Part shown: positions 15,014 to 26,885 of the stretch, one piece after another
Layout: the number at the start of each line of letters is the position of its first letter
Numbering within the stretch: position 1 is the stretch's first letter
Source: Eledone cirrhosa
Taxonomy: Eukaryota
DNA: 64,000 nt
NCBI GenBank assembly: GCA_964016885.1
Contig: OZ024759.1
Span: 22,196,001 to 22,260,000 of the forward strand
Reading direction: 5' to 3'
Notes under the pieces: model-generated
What the model saw: only the letters and a program-made list of their open reading frames with translations
What the model was told of the DNA's origin: nothing
The model's database searches: none
Position numbers and translations under genes: made by a program

Positions 15014-15178
15014 GTACACCGAGTCTATCGCAGTACTGGTGCTAGCTTCCAGAAAGCCCAGGCAGAATTTGCCCAGGGTGTGATGCGTAATGAAACCGTT
15101 CAGACTGCTGCTGCTAATGCTGCTGCTGGAGCTGCACGAGGAGCAGCTCAGCAGTACGGCTCCAACAACCGTTACTGA
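15014..15178 (+). CDS. SCAMP: SCAMP terminal coding exon
   Basis: Poly-T tract + aag| acceptor. [37 protein letters not shown]...* is the hallmark SCAMP C-terminus (cf. SCAMP1 [37 protein letters not shown]). Confidence 0.95.
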   Translation, partial: VHRVYRSTGASFQKAQAEFAQGVMRNETVQTAAANAAAGAARGAAQQYGSNNRY

Positions 15179-15914
15179 AAGCCACTCAACTCCCCCTCTC
15201 ACAAGGAACCTGCAAGAGGGAGGAGGAGGGGAGAGGAGATACAATAAGAACTGTCGCCCCACTCCCTACTATAGGCCTGTTAATCAGAAAAGCAAATAAT
15301 CCGTGTAATCTCCCTGTTTTGTTTATTACAACTATAATAATAATAATAAATGATAATAATTATTACTTCTAGGCAGAACTGGTAGAGCATCGGACACCAT
15401 GCTTAGCAGCATAGAGTTACGGTCCTTTACGTTCTGAGTTCAAATCCTGCCAAGGTTAGCTTTGCCGTTCACCCTTACAGGTCCGATAAAATAAAGTACC
15501 AGTAATGCACTGGGGTCGATTTAATCGACTTTCCCTTCTTCCCCTAATTGTTGGCCTTGTGCCTAAATCAGAAACCATTGTTATTACTATTATTATTATT
15601 ATTGTCATCATCATCATCATAAAGGGTGGTTTGATTGGCAGAATTGTTTAGTGTCAGAAGAAATGCTATGTGGTGTTTGTTCTGGCTCTTTACATTTCTG
15701 ATTTTTAAGTCCTACCAAGGTCCACTTTGCCTTTCATCCTTCTGGCGAGGGGATTTGATGAAACAAAGTACCAGTCAACCACTGGGGTCAATTTTATTGA
15801 CTGACGCCCCCCCCCCCCCCTCTCTCTCTCCCAAATTGCAGGCCTCCTGCCTCAATTAGAAATCATTATTATTATTAATATTATTGGGAATCATTATTGT
15901 TGTTTGTTAATAAT

Positions 15915-15953
<39 letters not shown>

Positions 15954-15999
15954 GTGTATATATGTATATTTATATGTATATATATGTATACATGTATCT

Positions 16000-16081
<82 letters not shown>

Positions 16082-16970
16082 TTATGTATATATACACATA
16101 CATATGATGATGATATATATATACATACGTTTATATATATATATTTCTTTTCCTCATTAATTTTGATTTAAATTAAACACAAGGAAAAACAACAAAACTA
16201 GAAAACAGACCATTTTCACCACTGTTTGCCTCTTGTCTAATTGTTCATGTACTGTCCTTACAACTTCCAACAACAACACTAACAACAACAGCAACAACAC
16301 ACCTACTTAATCCTGTAAATTATAACTAGTTATAACTAGTATTTAGCTTACCTTGTATAATAAACAGTAACTCTAAGAACCACATCTTTTATTTTGTGAT
16401 TGCTAACAACCACATATATATATATATCCATACACACACATATATATATTAATTTTAATAAATCAGAGAAATTGAATTCATTGAAGTTCGCTGTTTGCCA
16501 CTCACTCTATGATTTTAAAGAAATCGTATTGTGTAAATACAAATCTGTATATCAGAATGGACACAATTAGTTAGTTAGTGGTACAAACAGTGTTGTATGT
16601 GAACATAATTAACTATTGTCCCTGGACCACGTGATTTCATTACAACACCCTGCATCTGATGAGTGCATATGCAGATTTCCATGCATGGAAGTGACGTGTA
16701 ATTCCTAAAAACATCCAGAGGATTTATTCAGCTAGGGCTGGTGGAGCAAGTTTAGTCCTAATATTTTATCGAGGAGGTCTGTTGGCAACAGCAGTGTGTA
16801 TATATATATATATATATATACACAGGCCAGAAGAGGGATGGGCTCTGCCAGTCTTAAAATGCTCAAGAAATGCCGTATGTCAATACGGCGCCCCTATGAC
16901 TCAATCTGGAATTACAGGATTATACCACTATATATATATATATATATATGTATATGTATGTATATATCTA

Positions 16971-17016
<46 letters not shown>

Positions 17017-17042
17017 TAGTTCTACAACAGTTAGTTCACCAT

Positions 17043-17085
17043 ACCGAGAACAAATGTTTCACCTTATGCGGATCATCAGCTCAGT
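17043..17085 (-). ncRNA. Minimal type I hammerhead ribozyme motif
   Basis: Minus strand: ACUGAG-CUGAUGA-UCCGCAUAAGGU-GAAA-CAUUUG-UU-CUCGGU. 6-bp stem I, minimal stems II and III, GUU site. Confidence 0.7.
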
Positions 17086-17220
17086 CTGAGTGAAGTTGTA
17101 TGGAAAAAGAAAAACAACTGTATCAATACGCATGCACAGAAATGGTCACTTCTCCTAGGGGTAGGGGATATAATCCTACGGATATAACCCTCCAGTGTTC
17201 TACTATATATGTGTGTGTTT

Positions 17221-17251
<31 letters not shown>

Positions 17252-17397
17252 CACATACATACATAAGGGTAGAACTGGTGGTTCTGGTAGACAAATCATG
17301 ATGTAAGAAATCAATCAAAGTACTCAACGTTATGCAAGTCATCTATCGTAGATGTGATGGATGTCCAGTGGTTGGAGCAGGAGCGGAGTAAAGTATT

Positions 17398-17907
17398 TAT
17401 AAAATGATAGCAGAAGGCTGGACTGGAAGATATGCTTTAAAATTTTTATTCCATGAAATGACTATACATATTCCCATGGCCCACCTCCGCCATCCAAATA
17501 CGATGCAAGACAGGATGATCTCATCAGGTAAATTTGACAGAATTACACACCAGGGTTACATTGAACACAAACTTATCATGGAAGATAGGGAAAAGAGAAT
17601 AGGAAATTGAAAAATGAAAGTTCGACTTTGAGACTACCTGTAAAAAAAAAACTTGTACTGTGAGAAAGGGGCCCCTGAGTTGAATTTTCATTTTTCAATT
17701 TCCTATTCTCTTTTCCCTATCTTCCATGATAAGTTTGGGCTTAATGTAACCCTTTTATGTAATTCTGTCGAAGTTACCTGATGAGATCGCCCTGTCTTGC
17801 ATCTTATTTGGATGACAACGCAGGGCCATGGAAATACGTATAGTGACTTCAAGGAATTAATATTGTAAAGCATATTTTCCAGTCTGGCCTTCTGTTGTTG
17901 TTTTATA
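17398..17907. mobile_element. Diverged inverted repeat (about 225-bp arms) carrying a hammerhead; Penelope-like inverted pLTR remnant
   Basis: Arms are imperfect reverse complements. The right arm has an intact core and the left arm has GGAA in place of GAAA. Confidence 0.7.
17770..17850 (+). ncRNA. Type I hammerhead ribozyme motif
   Basis: GAAGUUAC-CUGAUGA-[GAUCGCCCUG...CAGGGCCAUG]-GAAA-UACGUA-UA-GUGACUUC. 8-bp stem I, palindromic stem III. Confidence 0.75.
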
Positions 17908-17984
17908 TATATATCTATATATAAAACGGTCGGAGCTCAGCTGTTAGGGTCCTGACTATTTTCCTATATATATATATCTTAGTC

Positions 17985-18400
17985 TTAGGTTCTTCTGCAC
18001 CTTTTGATTAGTCGCCAACGATCACGATCAACGGCAGCATTTTCGCGTCCGTCCCAAGTGATGTTGGCTGCCAGCAGGTTTTTTTGGAATGTTCGTCGCC
18101 AGGTGATCATGGGGCAACCCCGCTTTCGTTTACCGCCAAGTAGAGTCCAGTTCATCATTGTTTTCAAGTGACATTCGTTGGGCAGAATATGGCCAGCCAG
18201 GCACCGTCCACGGCTCGCCTCTCCACAGGATTTCCTCGTTTTGCACTCGTTCGCACCAAGACACAAAAGGATCCGTTCCAGGCACTGTTGGTGGAATGTG
18301 ATCAGCCGTCTCTCTATCTTAGCCATGCTCTTCCAGGTTTCGTTCGTGTATTAAGGGGACGTTACTCTATTGGAGACATAACGTGCCTAGAGTATGCTGA
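17985..18400 (-). mobile_element. RTE-like LINE 3' fragment; other RTE-like fragments at about 23940-24260, 28030-28310, 33570-33725, 39850-40225, 51300-51830, 52915-53420
   Basis: FHQQCLERIL...GHIL...GKRKRGCPMITWRRT...AVDRDRWR, typical of the RTE ORF C-terminus. Confidence 0.75.
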
Positions 18401-18485
18401 AGTTTAAGGTATGTATATTTTCCTACAAATTGTTTGCTCTATATATGTGTACAAAATTCTTTGAGTTTCTCAAATGATATGACTT

Positions 18486-18536
<51 letters not shown>

Positions 18537-18603
18537 GACGTAAAATAAGAAAATATTTTTTTTAAAAAAATTTTAAAAAAATTTTTTACTTACTTAAATT
18601 TTC

Positions 18604-18685
18604 ACTCCAACTAATTAGTTTCTGCAATGGGATAAAGACAGTTACGTAATCCAACTGTCGAGAATTCATTGCGTCATCAGGGAGT
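18604..18685 (-). ncRNA. Type I hammerhead ribozyme motif, copy 1 in 558-bp repeat
   Basis: ACUCC-CUGAUGA-C[GCAAUG..GACAGUU..AACUGUC..CAUUGC]A-GAAA-CUAAUUAG-UU-GGAGU. Confidence 0.82.
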
Positions 18686-19161
18686 CTATTCTCAGTTAAG
18701 TCTCCAGGCAATGCGCGGACACTGGCGGCTCATATAAAAATAATAATAATTCGGTAGATCGAACAGCTTGCGAGGACTGGATTCTATGTACCGAAATTCT
18801 CACTGCTTCAAGTCAAATGGCCGATTCTAAAGAATCAATCACGTGACACAGAGGCTAGTTAGAAGGAATGGGATGGTAAGATGACTGACGCCTACTAACA
18901 CCCCAAAAAAAATTTTTTTAGAAGTGCTTTTGACAAGTTTGCTCGACAAATCAGTGATTTGGAGATAAATATAGATAATTTAATATATCAACTAACATAA
19001 GCGCACAGATGCACGCCCATGCCAGCAAATACACAGGTTATGTCATAGTACCTAGGTGGTTCAATGCAGGAGAATGCAGAACAATAATATAAAGGACGTA
19101 AAATAAGAAAATATTTTTTTAAAAAAAATTTTAAAAAAATTTTTTACTTACTTAAATTTTC

Positions 19162-19243
19162 ACTCCAACTAATTAGTTTCTGCAATGGGATAAAGACAGT
19201 TACGTAATCCAACTGTCGAGAATTCATTGCGTCATCAGGGAGT
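19162..19243 (-). ncRNA. Type I hammerhead ribozyme motif, copy 2 in 558-bp repeat
   Basis: Identical to copy 1, offset 558 nt. Confidence 0.82.
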
Positions 19244-21057
19244 CTATTCTCAGTTAAGTCTCCAGGCAATGCGCGGACACTGGCGGCTCATATAAGAATA
19301 ATAATAATTCGGTAGATCGAACAGCTTGCGAGGACTGGATTCTATGTACCGAAATTCTCACTGCTTCAAGTCAAATGGCCGATTCTAAAGAATCAATCAC
19401 GTGACACAGAGGCTAGTTAGAAGGAATGGGATGGTAAGATGACTGACGCCTACTAACACCCCAAAAAAAATTTTTTTAGAAGTGCTTTTGACAAGTTTGC
19501 TCGACAAATCAGTGATTTGGAGATAAATATAGATAATTTAATATATCAACTAACATAAGCGCACAGATGCACGCCCATGCCAGCAAATACACAGGTTATG
19601 TCATAGTACCTAGGTGGTTCAATGCAGGAGAATGCAGAACAATAATATAAAGGACGTAAAATAAGAAAATATTTTTTTTAAAAAAATTTTAAAAAAATTT
19701 TTTACTTACTTTTAAAAAAATATTTTCTTATTTTACGTCCTTTATATTATTGTTCTGCATTCTCCTGCATTGAACCACCTAGGTACTATGACATAACCTG
19801 TGTATTTGCTGGCATGGGCGTGCATCTGTGCGCTTATGTTAGTTGATATATTAAATTATCTATATATATATATATATATATATTGAAGTAAACGAGGTAT
19901 CATTCAAGGTAATACACGTTTTTACAATATATACACTATGTAGAGTATATACACACTATAATGCCCAAGGGAGAAGCAATAGCAACTGCAGCTTAGCACC
20001 AGTGATCATCGCAACTCATTTCTACAGCTGATTAAACTGGAGATAACTCTTAGCTAATTATCCCCCTTGTAACAATTCATAAATATATATCTTAAGTATG
20101 GTCATTTGGTACCCAGTAAGGGTAATTAGACTCATACCAAGGTAGAGATGGTCCTCTTCTGAATATCGAGCATCACGCGGTATCAATTCCTCCCAGATGG
20201 GTATCAATATGAGAAGCGATAGCTTAATTCGACTGGGTGGTTGGTTCGTTCCTTCTCAAGCCTTCAATTGAAAATGTTGACTGAGGGTGCATCAACTGTT
20301 TCTTGTTTGAAGTTCTTCCAGTGGTTGATCGCATGCATAGAAAAGAAGTGGTTCCTTGGACTTCGTTGGTGCTGCACCTTGAGCTTCGGGTAGTCCTGCT
20401 GAGTGCATTGCTGCAGTTGGGACACCTAGTGTACTGTACTTTATCAAACTCATTTAGTATTTTAAAAGATTGTATGATGTCTACCCCCGGCTTCCTATAC
20501 TCCAGCATCGGAAGTCCCAAAGCCTGAAGATTATTCCTCTCACGTTTTAAACAAGTACAACGAAATTTCAAAATACCCAAATATTACGACCAGATTTAGA
20601 CCTTGTGGGGCCCGGAGCAGTTCAGATTTGGTATACTCCTCGTATAACACACACACACGCACATATCATCATCACCGTTTAACGTCAATCTTTCATGGCA
20701 TGGGTTAGACGAGATATCATGTTGCGGGCAATGCTAGGTCAGGTGACCATGCCTTGCTCATACAGAACCAATTTTGGCTTGATTTCTACAGCTGCATATA
20801 TATATATACTCATTACAAACAGAACGTCAGACTGGGAACTTTTTTTAAAATTTAATTCAGCGAAAATTGGTGAACAACTTAACGTAAAGGTTATATATAT
20901 AAGCGTGGAAGATGGACGTTAAACGATGATGATGATGCAGAGGTTATATTTAATTTGTTGGGATTCAACAAGCTTTAAAATGTTTTATAACTGATTTAAA
21001 GCACTCAACAGTTTAGTGGAGTAAATATACAATATATTAACAAATGGAAACCATATT

Positions 21058-21123
21058 TATTTTATTATACATATTTCAAGGGCCACCAAGGCAAATTATG
21101 GTGCGCTTTCATCAGATAAAATA
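21058..21123 (-). ncRNA. Type I hammerhead ribozyme motif (same family as 45978/46275)
   Basis: UAUUUUAU-CUGAUGA-[AAGCGCACCA...UGGUGGCCCUU]-GAAA-UAUGUA-UA-AUAAAAUA. Confidence 0.78.
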
Positions 21124-21995
21124 CAATACAGATTAGTTTTATAAATAAATATTGACATACCCTGAAAAAAGACAACCTTAACGGTTGGAGCTTCCTGGAC
21201 TAGCCAATAGTATATTAATAAATGGAAAATATCTTTATAATACCATATTTATTTTATTATACGTATTTCAAGGACACAAAATTTTAGTGTGATTTGAATG
21301 ATAATCAACAAACCATATAACTCATTGTTTATATATATATATAGTTCACCAGAAGTACAAAAAGCCTTATCAGTTTCACACTTTATATGGAAAAGAGGAA
21401 AGAAAGTTCGATGTGTCGGTCTTTAGCCCTTCTTTAGGGGTACAAAAATAGAGACAGGATCACAAAGGAAAGATAAAGAAAATAAAAGTTAGTCCAATTT
21501 TAAAAAAAAACGAAAATAGAGTAAACAAGACAAACCATTAGGTAGTCTTGGTAACGATTTTGGAACGCAAAGTGGAGTGCGTGTGCATTAGTCTCGATAT
21601 TATGTGTTTGTTTAAACGTGCGCGTTTTTTTAAATATATTGTAAAAAATATGAAACTTAGTGTGTGTTATACGTATAATCTGTATAATCTGTGTAGTATA
21701 TGTGGAAGTGGACTTGTATGTGTGAGAAAATGTAAGTTTCAATATGTGTACTGTATATGTGCGTTGAAGTTATTTTGAGTGTGTGTAAAGTATCTGGCAG
21801 TGTTACTGTATGTAGTGAAACATGGATTTGTATGTGTGAGTGAATGATTAAATTTTAACGTGTGTATGTATGTTGAAATTTATAATGTTTACGTGTAAAG
21901 TATCTAACTGATTTGTATGTAAGTATTAACGAGTTTGTGACGTAGGATAAAGGAAGTATCTTTAGTGTGTCATAGAGAATATATGACAAAGCAGA

Positions 21996-22200
21996 CTAAA
22001 CAAAGATGGGTGGGACATGAAAGGTTTGTAAGGAAAAAATAAGTTGTTGTTCTCTACGCCAGCGCGAGTCAGAGGGTCGGGAACAATGTGCGAGCCCGAA
22101 GACACAGGTGGTGTGGAGTGGCCGGCGGATTGAAAATGTCAGTATATGGATGGGGCTAGATGAAAATTTACTGGACAACAATTCAAAATAGAGGAGTTTC
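21996..22200 (-). mobile_element. Penelope-like GIY-YIG endonuclease C-terminal remnant
   Basis: CVFGLAHCSRPSDSRWRREQQLIFSLQTF resembles the PLE tail (VxGLxxC...RxxxEQxLIFxLxTL). Confidence 0.55.
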
Positions 22201-22337
22201 AGTAACCCTGGGATTGCAGGCCGGGGGGGGGGGGTATGATCTGGCTTTCTGGAAACCATTGATTTAGCCCAACATATACATCACATTGAAGTGAAAACAG
22301 TCAGTAAGATATCAGATGTGAATTGTACATCTTAACC

Positions 22338-22613
22338 CAGAGGTTCTCAGTGGGCACTACTATCTCCCCACCCGGATCCAGGGGGGGGGGGGCGCTGGCG
22401 TTTAAAGGGACGGTGGGGATGTTAATATCAAATGATACATGTATATATATATATAGTAAAATAAAAAAAATATATATTTATTTATATATAATATTATTTA
22501 TTATATATTATTTCCAATTTGCGTGTAGGCAGGTCTCTCTGGAAATAGGGGTGGGGGGTGCTGAGGGTATTACGTAAGCGGGGCGGTGGTCAAAAAGGTT
22601 GGTAGAACCTCTG
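22338..22613. mobile_element. hAT-type MITE
   Basis: TIR cagaggttct / agaacctctg, 8-bp TSD tcttaacc / ccttaacc. Related fragment at about 23728-23930. Confidence 0.75.
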
Positions 22614-22823
22614 CCTTAACCAAAGGCTCTTGAGTAGACAGTTGAAGAAAATCTCAGACATTAACATAATTCACTTGATGACATGAGATTATTTTGATAA
22701 AGAATTTTATATTTAATCAAACAAAGTAGCATCGCAAATGACAATAAACAAGGAGAGGAAGGACAAGGGTTGTTAAGCATCGAAAGAAAAAACGCAGGAA
22801 GGATGACAGAATATACACATATG

Positions 22824-23588
22824 TCAGGGTGTGTGCCGCCGACAAAATGACAAATGATCTTCCGAGATGGATGGCCAGCGACACCCGTTGCAAATTAGAG
22901 GAATGATCAAATGTTTTTGCGAACTCCAAAAACAATAAGCCATATCATTGGAATCCGAGCCAATCTCATCATAGATATCGCTGACCAAGTTCTCAAAAGA
23001 GTATAACTTGCCGAACTCTGTCATATATTCGCGAAACAGTTTGCTTAAATGGCTAGATAAGCTCTTGTCTTTATACATATAAGCAACACTAAAATACTTT
23101 TCCTTCTCAAAATAACATGTACATTTTTTAGATTCATCTTTGTTGTTGTTTCTAATTAGGAAAACAAGTGTTGGCCTTTCTTTAGTTATTTCGTTAGCTG
23201 TTTCCTGAACTTCACACTTTATCGATTTAAACAACTTTTTCAATGTTTCAGCTTCCTCAGCATCATTGCTGTCTATAATCACATTCAAGTAAGATTCGCA
23301 TTTAAATGGATAAGAGTAGAGAAGGTGAACTAAGTGATCATTGTTGCTTTTCTTTAAACTCGAAATCAGCTTATCAATTATGTCAGTGCTTTTGCTGTCG
23401 CTTTCATACAATTTTTTAAATATGAGATCGTGTAAGAAATACACATCAGATATTTTTCCAGAATCTCCAGACGGTATAAAGTCGTCCCATTCTTCAAAAA
23501 AAGTTTCTTTCTCATTTAATTTCTTACAAAATTCCCACTTAATATTTTTAAACATTTCCAGGTAATCTTTTCGAGGGATAGTACACAT
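22824..23588 (-). CDS. Intronless 254-aa protein; putative CARD/death-fold + degenerate caspase-like domain
   Basis: 765-nt non-repetitive ORF with an in-frame TAA 7 codons upstream of the ATG and a splice acceptor (tttttaacag|) at 23645-23646. Domain call rests on by-eye motif similarity only. Confidence 0.7.
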   Translation of the reverse strand: MCTIPRKDYLEMFKNIKWEFCKKLNEKETFFEEWDDFIPSGDSGKISDVYFLHDLIFKKLYESDSKSTDIIDKLISSLKKSNNDHLVHLLYSYPFKCESYLNVIIDSNDAEEAETLKKLFKSIKCEVQETANEITKERPTLVFLIRNNNKDESKKCTCYFEKEKYFSVAYMYKDKSLSSHLSKLFREYMTEFGKLYSFENLVSDIYDEIGSDSNDMAYCFWSSQKHLIIPLICNGCRWPSISEDHLSFCRRHTP

Positions 23589-24372
23589 CTTAGTAAAACT
23601 TGTTAGTTACTTCCTTGTATAGCGGTGTCAGACAAACATTAGCCCTGTTAAAAATAAGTACCAATTTGTTAGTCAGCCGGTGGAGATGTCGATCACACCG
23701 TATACTATAGGGTTGGGGGAAACGTTTGAGAACCTCTGTCATAGGTTCTCAAAATGGGTGCTACTGCCCCCCCCCCTCGTGGGGACTTGAGATGGTCCGG
23801 GGGGGGGGCGGTAGACATGATATAATAGTACATTAAATATCAAATGATATATACTATAAATAAAATATTGTAAAATAAAAAATGTATATAATATTTAATT
23901 CTATATAGTATATTAAATATCATTTATCATATATCAATTCTTCATTTCTTCGCCCACTTATTCCTGAGAGGGTCATGGAGGCAGAATCCTGAAACACTTC
24001 CTTCAGCGGGTCCTGTCAGAGGCAACCGTCTCCAACTAATTCGACTGGATCCCCAAGCGTGACCAGCCAAGCTCATGGGTGTTACGCAACCATCTCGCTC
24101 GGGGTCTACCCCTGGGTCCCCTGCCGATTGGTTTCGCCCATAAAACCTGTTCAGCGATTCTTTCCTGAGACATTCTAACCACATACTCATAACATCGGAG
24201 CTGTGATCTCTCAATTCGGAGAAGTAGCGGCTCTACCTGGAGTGACTCAGGAATTCAGGACCGGGTATGCAAATACTATTGCATCCAAATTCAGAGAACA
24301 CCTTGGGAAAACTGAGGATATTGAGACAGTAGAATGTTCTATATATCAATTAATGATTTTATTTATTATATA

Positions 24373-25506
24373 CTAGCAGAGGTACCCGGCGTTGCTCGGG
24401 TATTAAATAGCAGTTATGTATACCATTTATGTCAATACTTCAGTGCTGCTTCGAAAACTATACTTTTATAAACTCATCGACTTTTTCCAAAAGGGGGTTC
24501 CTGCTCTCAGGGGTCCCCTACTCAATATGTGCCAATTCTGAGAGTTCACATTCAACGTATCCCATGTGTCAAGTTTTGTGAAAATCGGTTGCGAACTCCA
24601 GAAGTTAAGACGTTTTTTTTGCATTGCACTGCAGTGCTTCAGTCGACTCTAAGGAAGTGGTTAAAGGGCGTTATCCGCCGGGAGGCCCTATAATCAATAT
24701 CTGGAAAAATGAAAGTGTCCATGACCATCCGGAGTACATGAGTAACCTATGTCTTAAGTTTGGTGAAAATACTGTAGAAATGCATAAGGTTTACACACAG
24801 GCGCGCACGCGCACGTGTGTGTATGTATTTGTGTGTGCGTATGTATAAGTATGTGTATGTTCGTCGGTGCTTACATATGTACTGGCCTAAATCTTCACTA
24901 TTTATTTTTACTATGTTAAGGCAAAGTTAAAATCCCGTCGAGGTTAACTTTGCCTTTCATCCTTACGGGGTCTATAAAATAAAGTACCAGTAATGTACTG
25001 TTTAATTGCTGGCCTTGTGCCAAAAGTAGAAACAACTATTTTAATAACCTGTCATTTTCGTTTACAATTTTATTTACATCATTCTTAAACTCCGGGGCTG
25101 GAAATCATTCGGTTATTTTAAATAGAATATTAGTCTAACGACTCCATTTACACCATAAACTTGGTCTTGTCTTTGCATGAAATTGTTCTTCTCGGTCCAC
25201 CGCGTCGTTTATACGTAACATAAATAGATAAGCAAATGACGCCATAAAAGGGAAATAACTCGTCTCTCATCTCTATTTATACATTTGAACTGAAAAATTA
25301 ATACATTACAAATTCGATTTTTACACTTGGCGTGAGTCGATTTGAAAATTTATTTGACCGATGGTTCCGCCGGACCTTCATCTATAAGTGTAGCAATTTC
25401 ACCGAAATTTGAACGTACGGTTTAAGAGGAGATGTGTGCCGAAGGTTTTAGTAGACAGACAGACAACCAGTAGACAGACAGACAACCTCAGTTTTATATA
25501 TATAGA
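24373..25506 (-). mobile_element. Non-autonomous Helitron with nested SINE
   Basis: On the minus strand it starts A|TCtatatatataaaa and ends with a hairpin cccgagcaacgccggg plus CTAG|T. SINE fragment at about 24925-25040. Confidence 0.7.
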
Positions 25507-26510
25507 TTAGCAGAATCGGTAGGACCTCAGGCAACATGTTTTGCAGCATAGAGTTTATGGCTCTTTACGTTCTGAGTTCAAATCCCGCCGATATTAGCTT
25601 GGCATTTCATCCTTACGGGGTCGATAAAATAAAGTACCAGTCACGCACTGAGATCGATTTAATCGACTTTCCCCTCCCACAAAGTTGCGACCCTAGTGCA
25701 TTACTGGTGCTTTATTTTATCGACCCCGTAAGGATGAAATGCAAAGCTAACCTCGGTGGGATTTAAACTCAGAAGGTAAATGGCCATACTCTATGCCGAC
25801 GCTCTACCGATTCTGCCAATCTACTTCCCTTATAAATGTCATAAATGAGAAGAAAAGATGAGAGAGAGAACAAAGATTGTTAAGCAAGGAAGAAAGAGAG
25901 GGGGTGAGGGTGACAGATTCACATAGGTATTTTCGATAATTTGTCATTTAAGAGAAATAGAGCAGAAGGTTTTAAACATTCTCGTCCTGTTGTGTGAAAT
26001 CTCGTTTACAAGATAAATTTCCACGCCTTCGTAACTGTTATAGATACGTCCATAGCGTAGCGTATTTATTTACCAATAACGATGTATATATATATATAAA
26101 AGCGACAACTACAGCAACAACAGCAGGAGCAACAACTCACCTTATATTAAACAGAAGTGTATTTAGTAAACATTTATCGTTAAGAATCCCCACTATCATC
26201 ATCAGCCTAAGCAACAACAGTTTTATTTTATTATATATATATTATTTATCTGTTTATACACGGGACCCTAGACATTATAAACATACGTCTAGTTCGCTCA
26301 TCAACAAAGTCGCTACCCAACCTTTTCGAGGCCCAAATTTGACCATACCCCGAGAAAAGAAGAAGCATCAAAATAGGACCTTTCTTCTGGCGATAATACG
26401 AGATTATAAAATCATATATATATTTGAAAAGGTTTGTTGAACACACAAGGCCGAAACCGCTTTGTGCCGCGATCGGGATTTTACATCTCTCTCTCTATAT
26501 ATATATATTT

Positions 26511-26567
<57 letters not shown>

Positions 26568-26885
26568 AACATTAAGACCCTCTTACTGCTATTTGAAGCG
26601 TTAAACTAATATATTCCTTCCATATACTGTACCATTTGTGTTCTTATTTCTGTTTACCTTTTACACACACACACACACACACATATATATAAACTTGAGA
26701 AAAATAACAGAGGACAAGACAACGAACGAAAAACAATTTTTTAAGGGGAAACCTTAAAAATTTATTTTTAAAGGAATATAAATACAAACGAAAGACACAG
26801 AACTCCTTATATTAAAAGAAAAAAAACAAAAAAACTCCAAGAATTCTCGATATAAGTTGTTTGTTTTGTGTGACATCTTAGAAAT

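Larger units (their letters stand above)
18531..19862 (-). mobile_element. Penelope/retrozyme-like insertion: about 2.1 tandem 558-bp units plus a terminal inverted segment, in (TA)n
   Basis: aaaggacgtaaa recurs at 18533, 19091 and 19649. 19711-19862 is the reverse complement of about 19530-19685. Each full unit has a hammerhead. Confidence 0.8.

Noticed and set aside
16640-16705. CTGATGA-GTGCAT...ATGCAT-GGAA hammerhead-like string
   Set aside because: GAAA is mutated and no convincing stems I or III. At best a decayed copy.
21405-21443. Minus-strand CTAAAGA-AGG...CC-GACA next to the Penelope remnant
   Set aside because: Two core substitutions and no stem I, so not counted as a ribozyme.
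25994-26440. 148-aa ORF upstream of FAHD2A
   Set aside because: GTG start, low-complexity composition and no recognisable homology. More likely promoter/UTR sequence.
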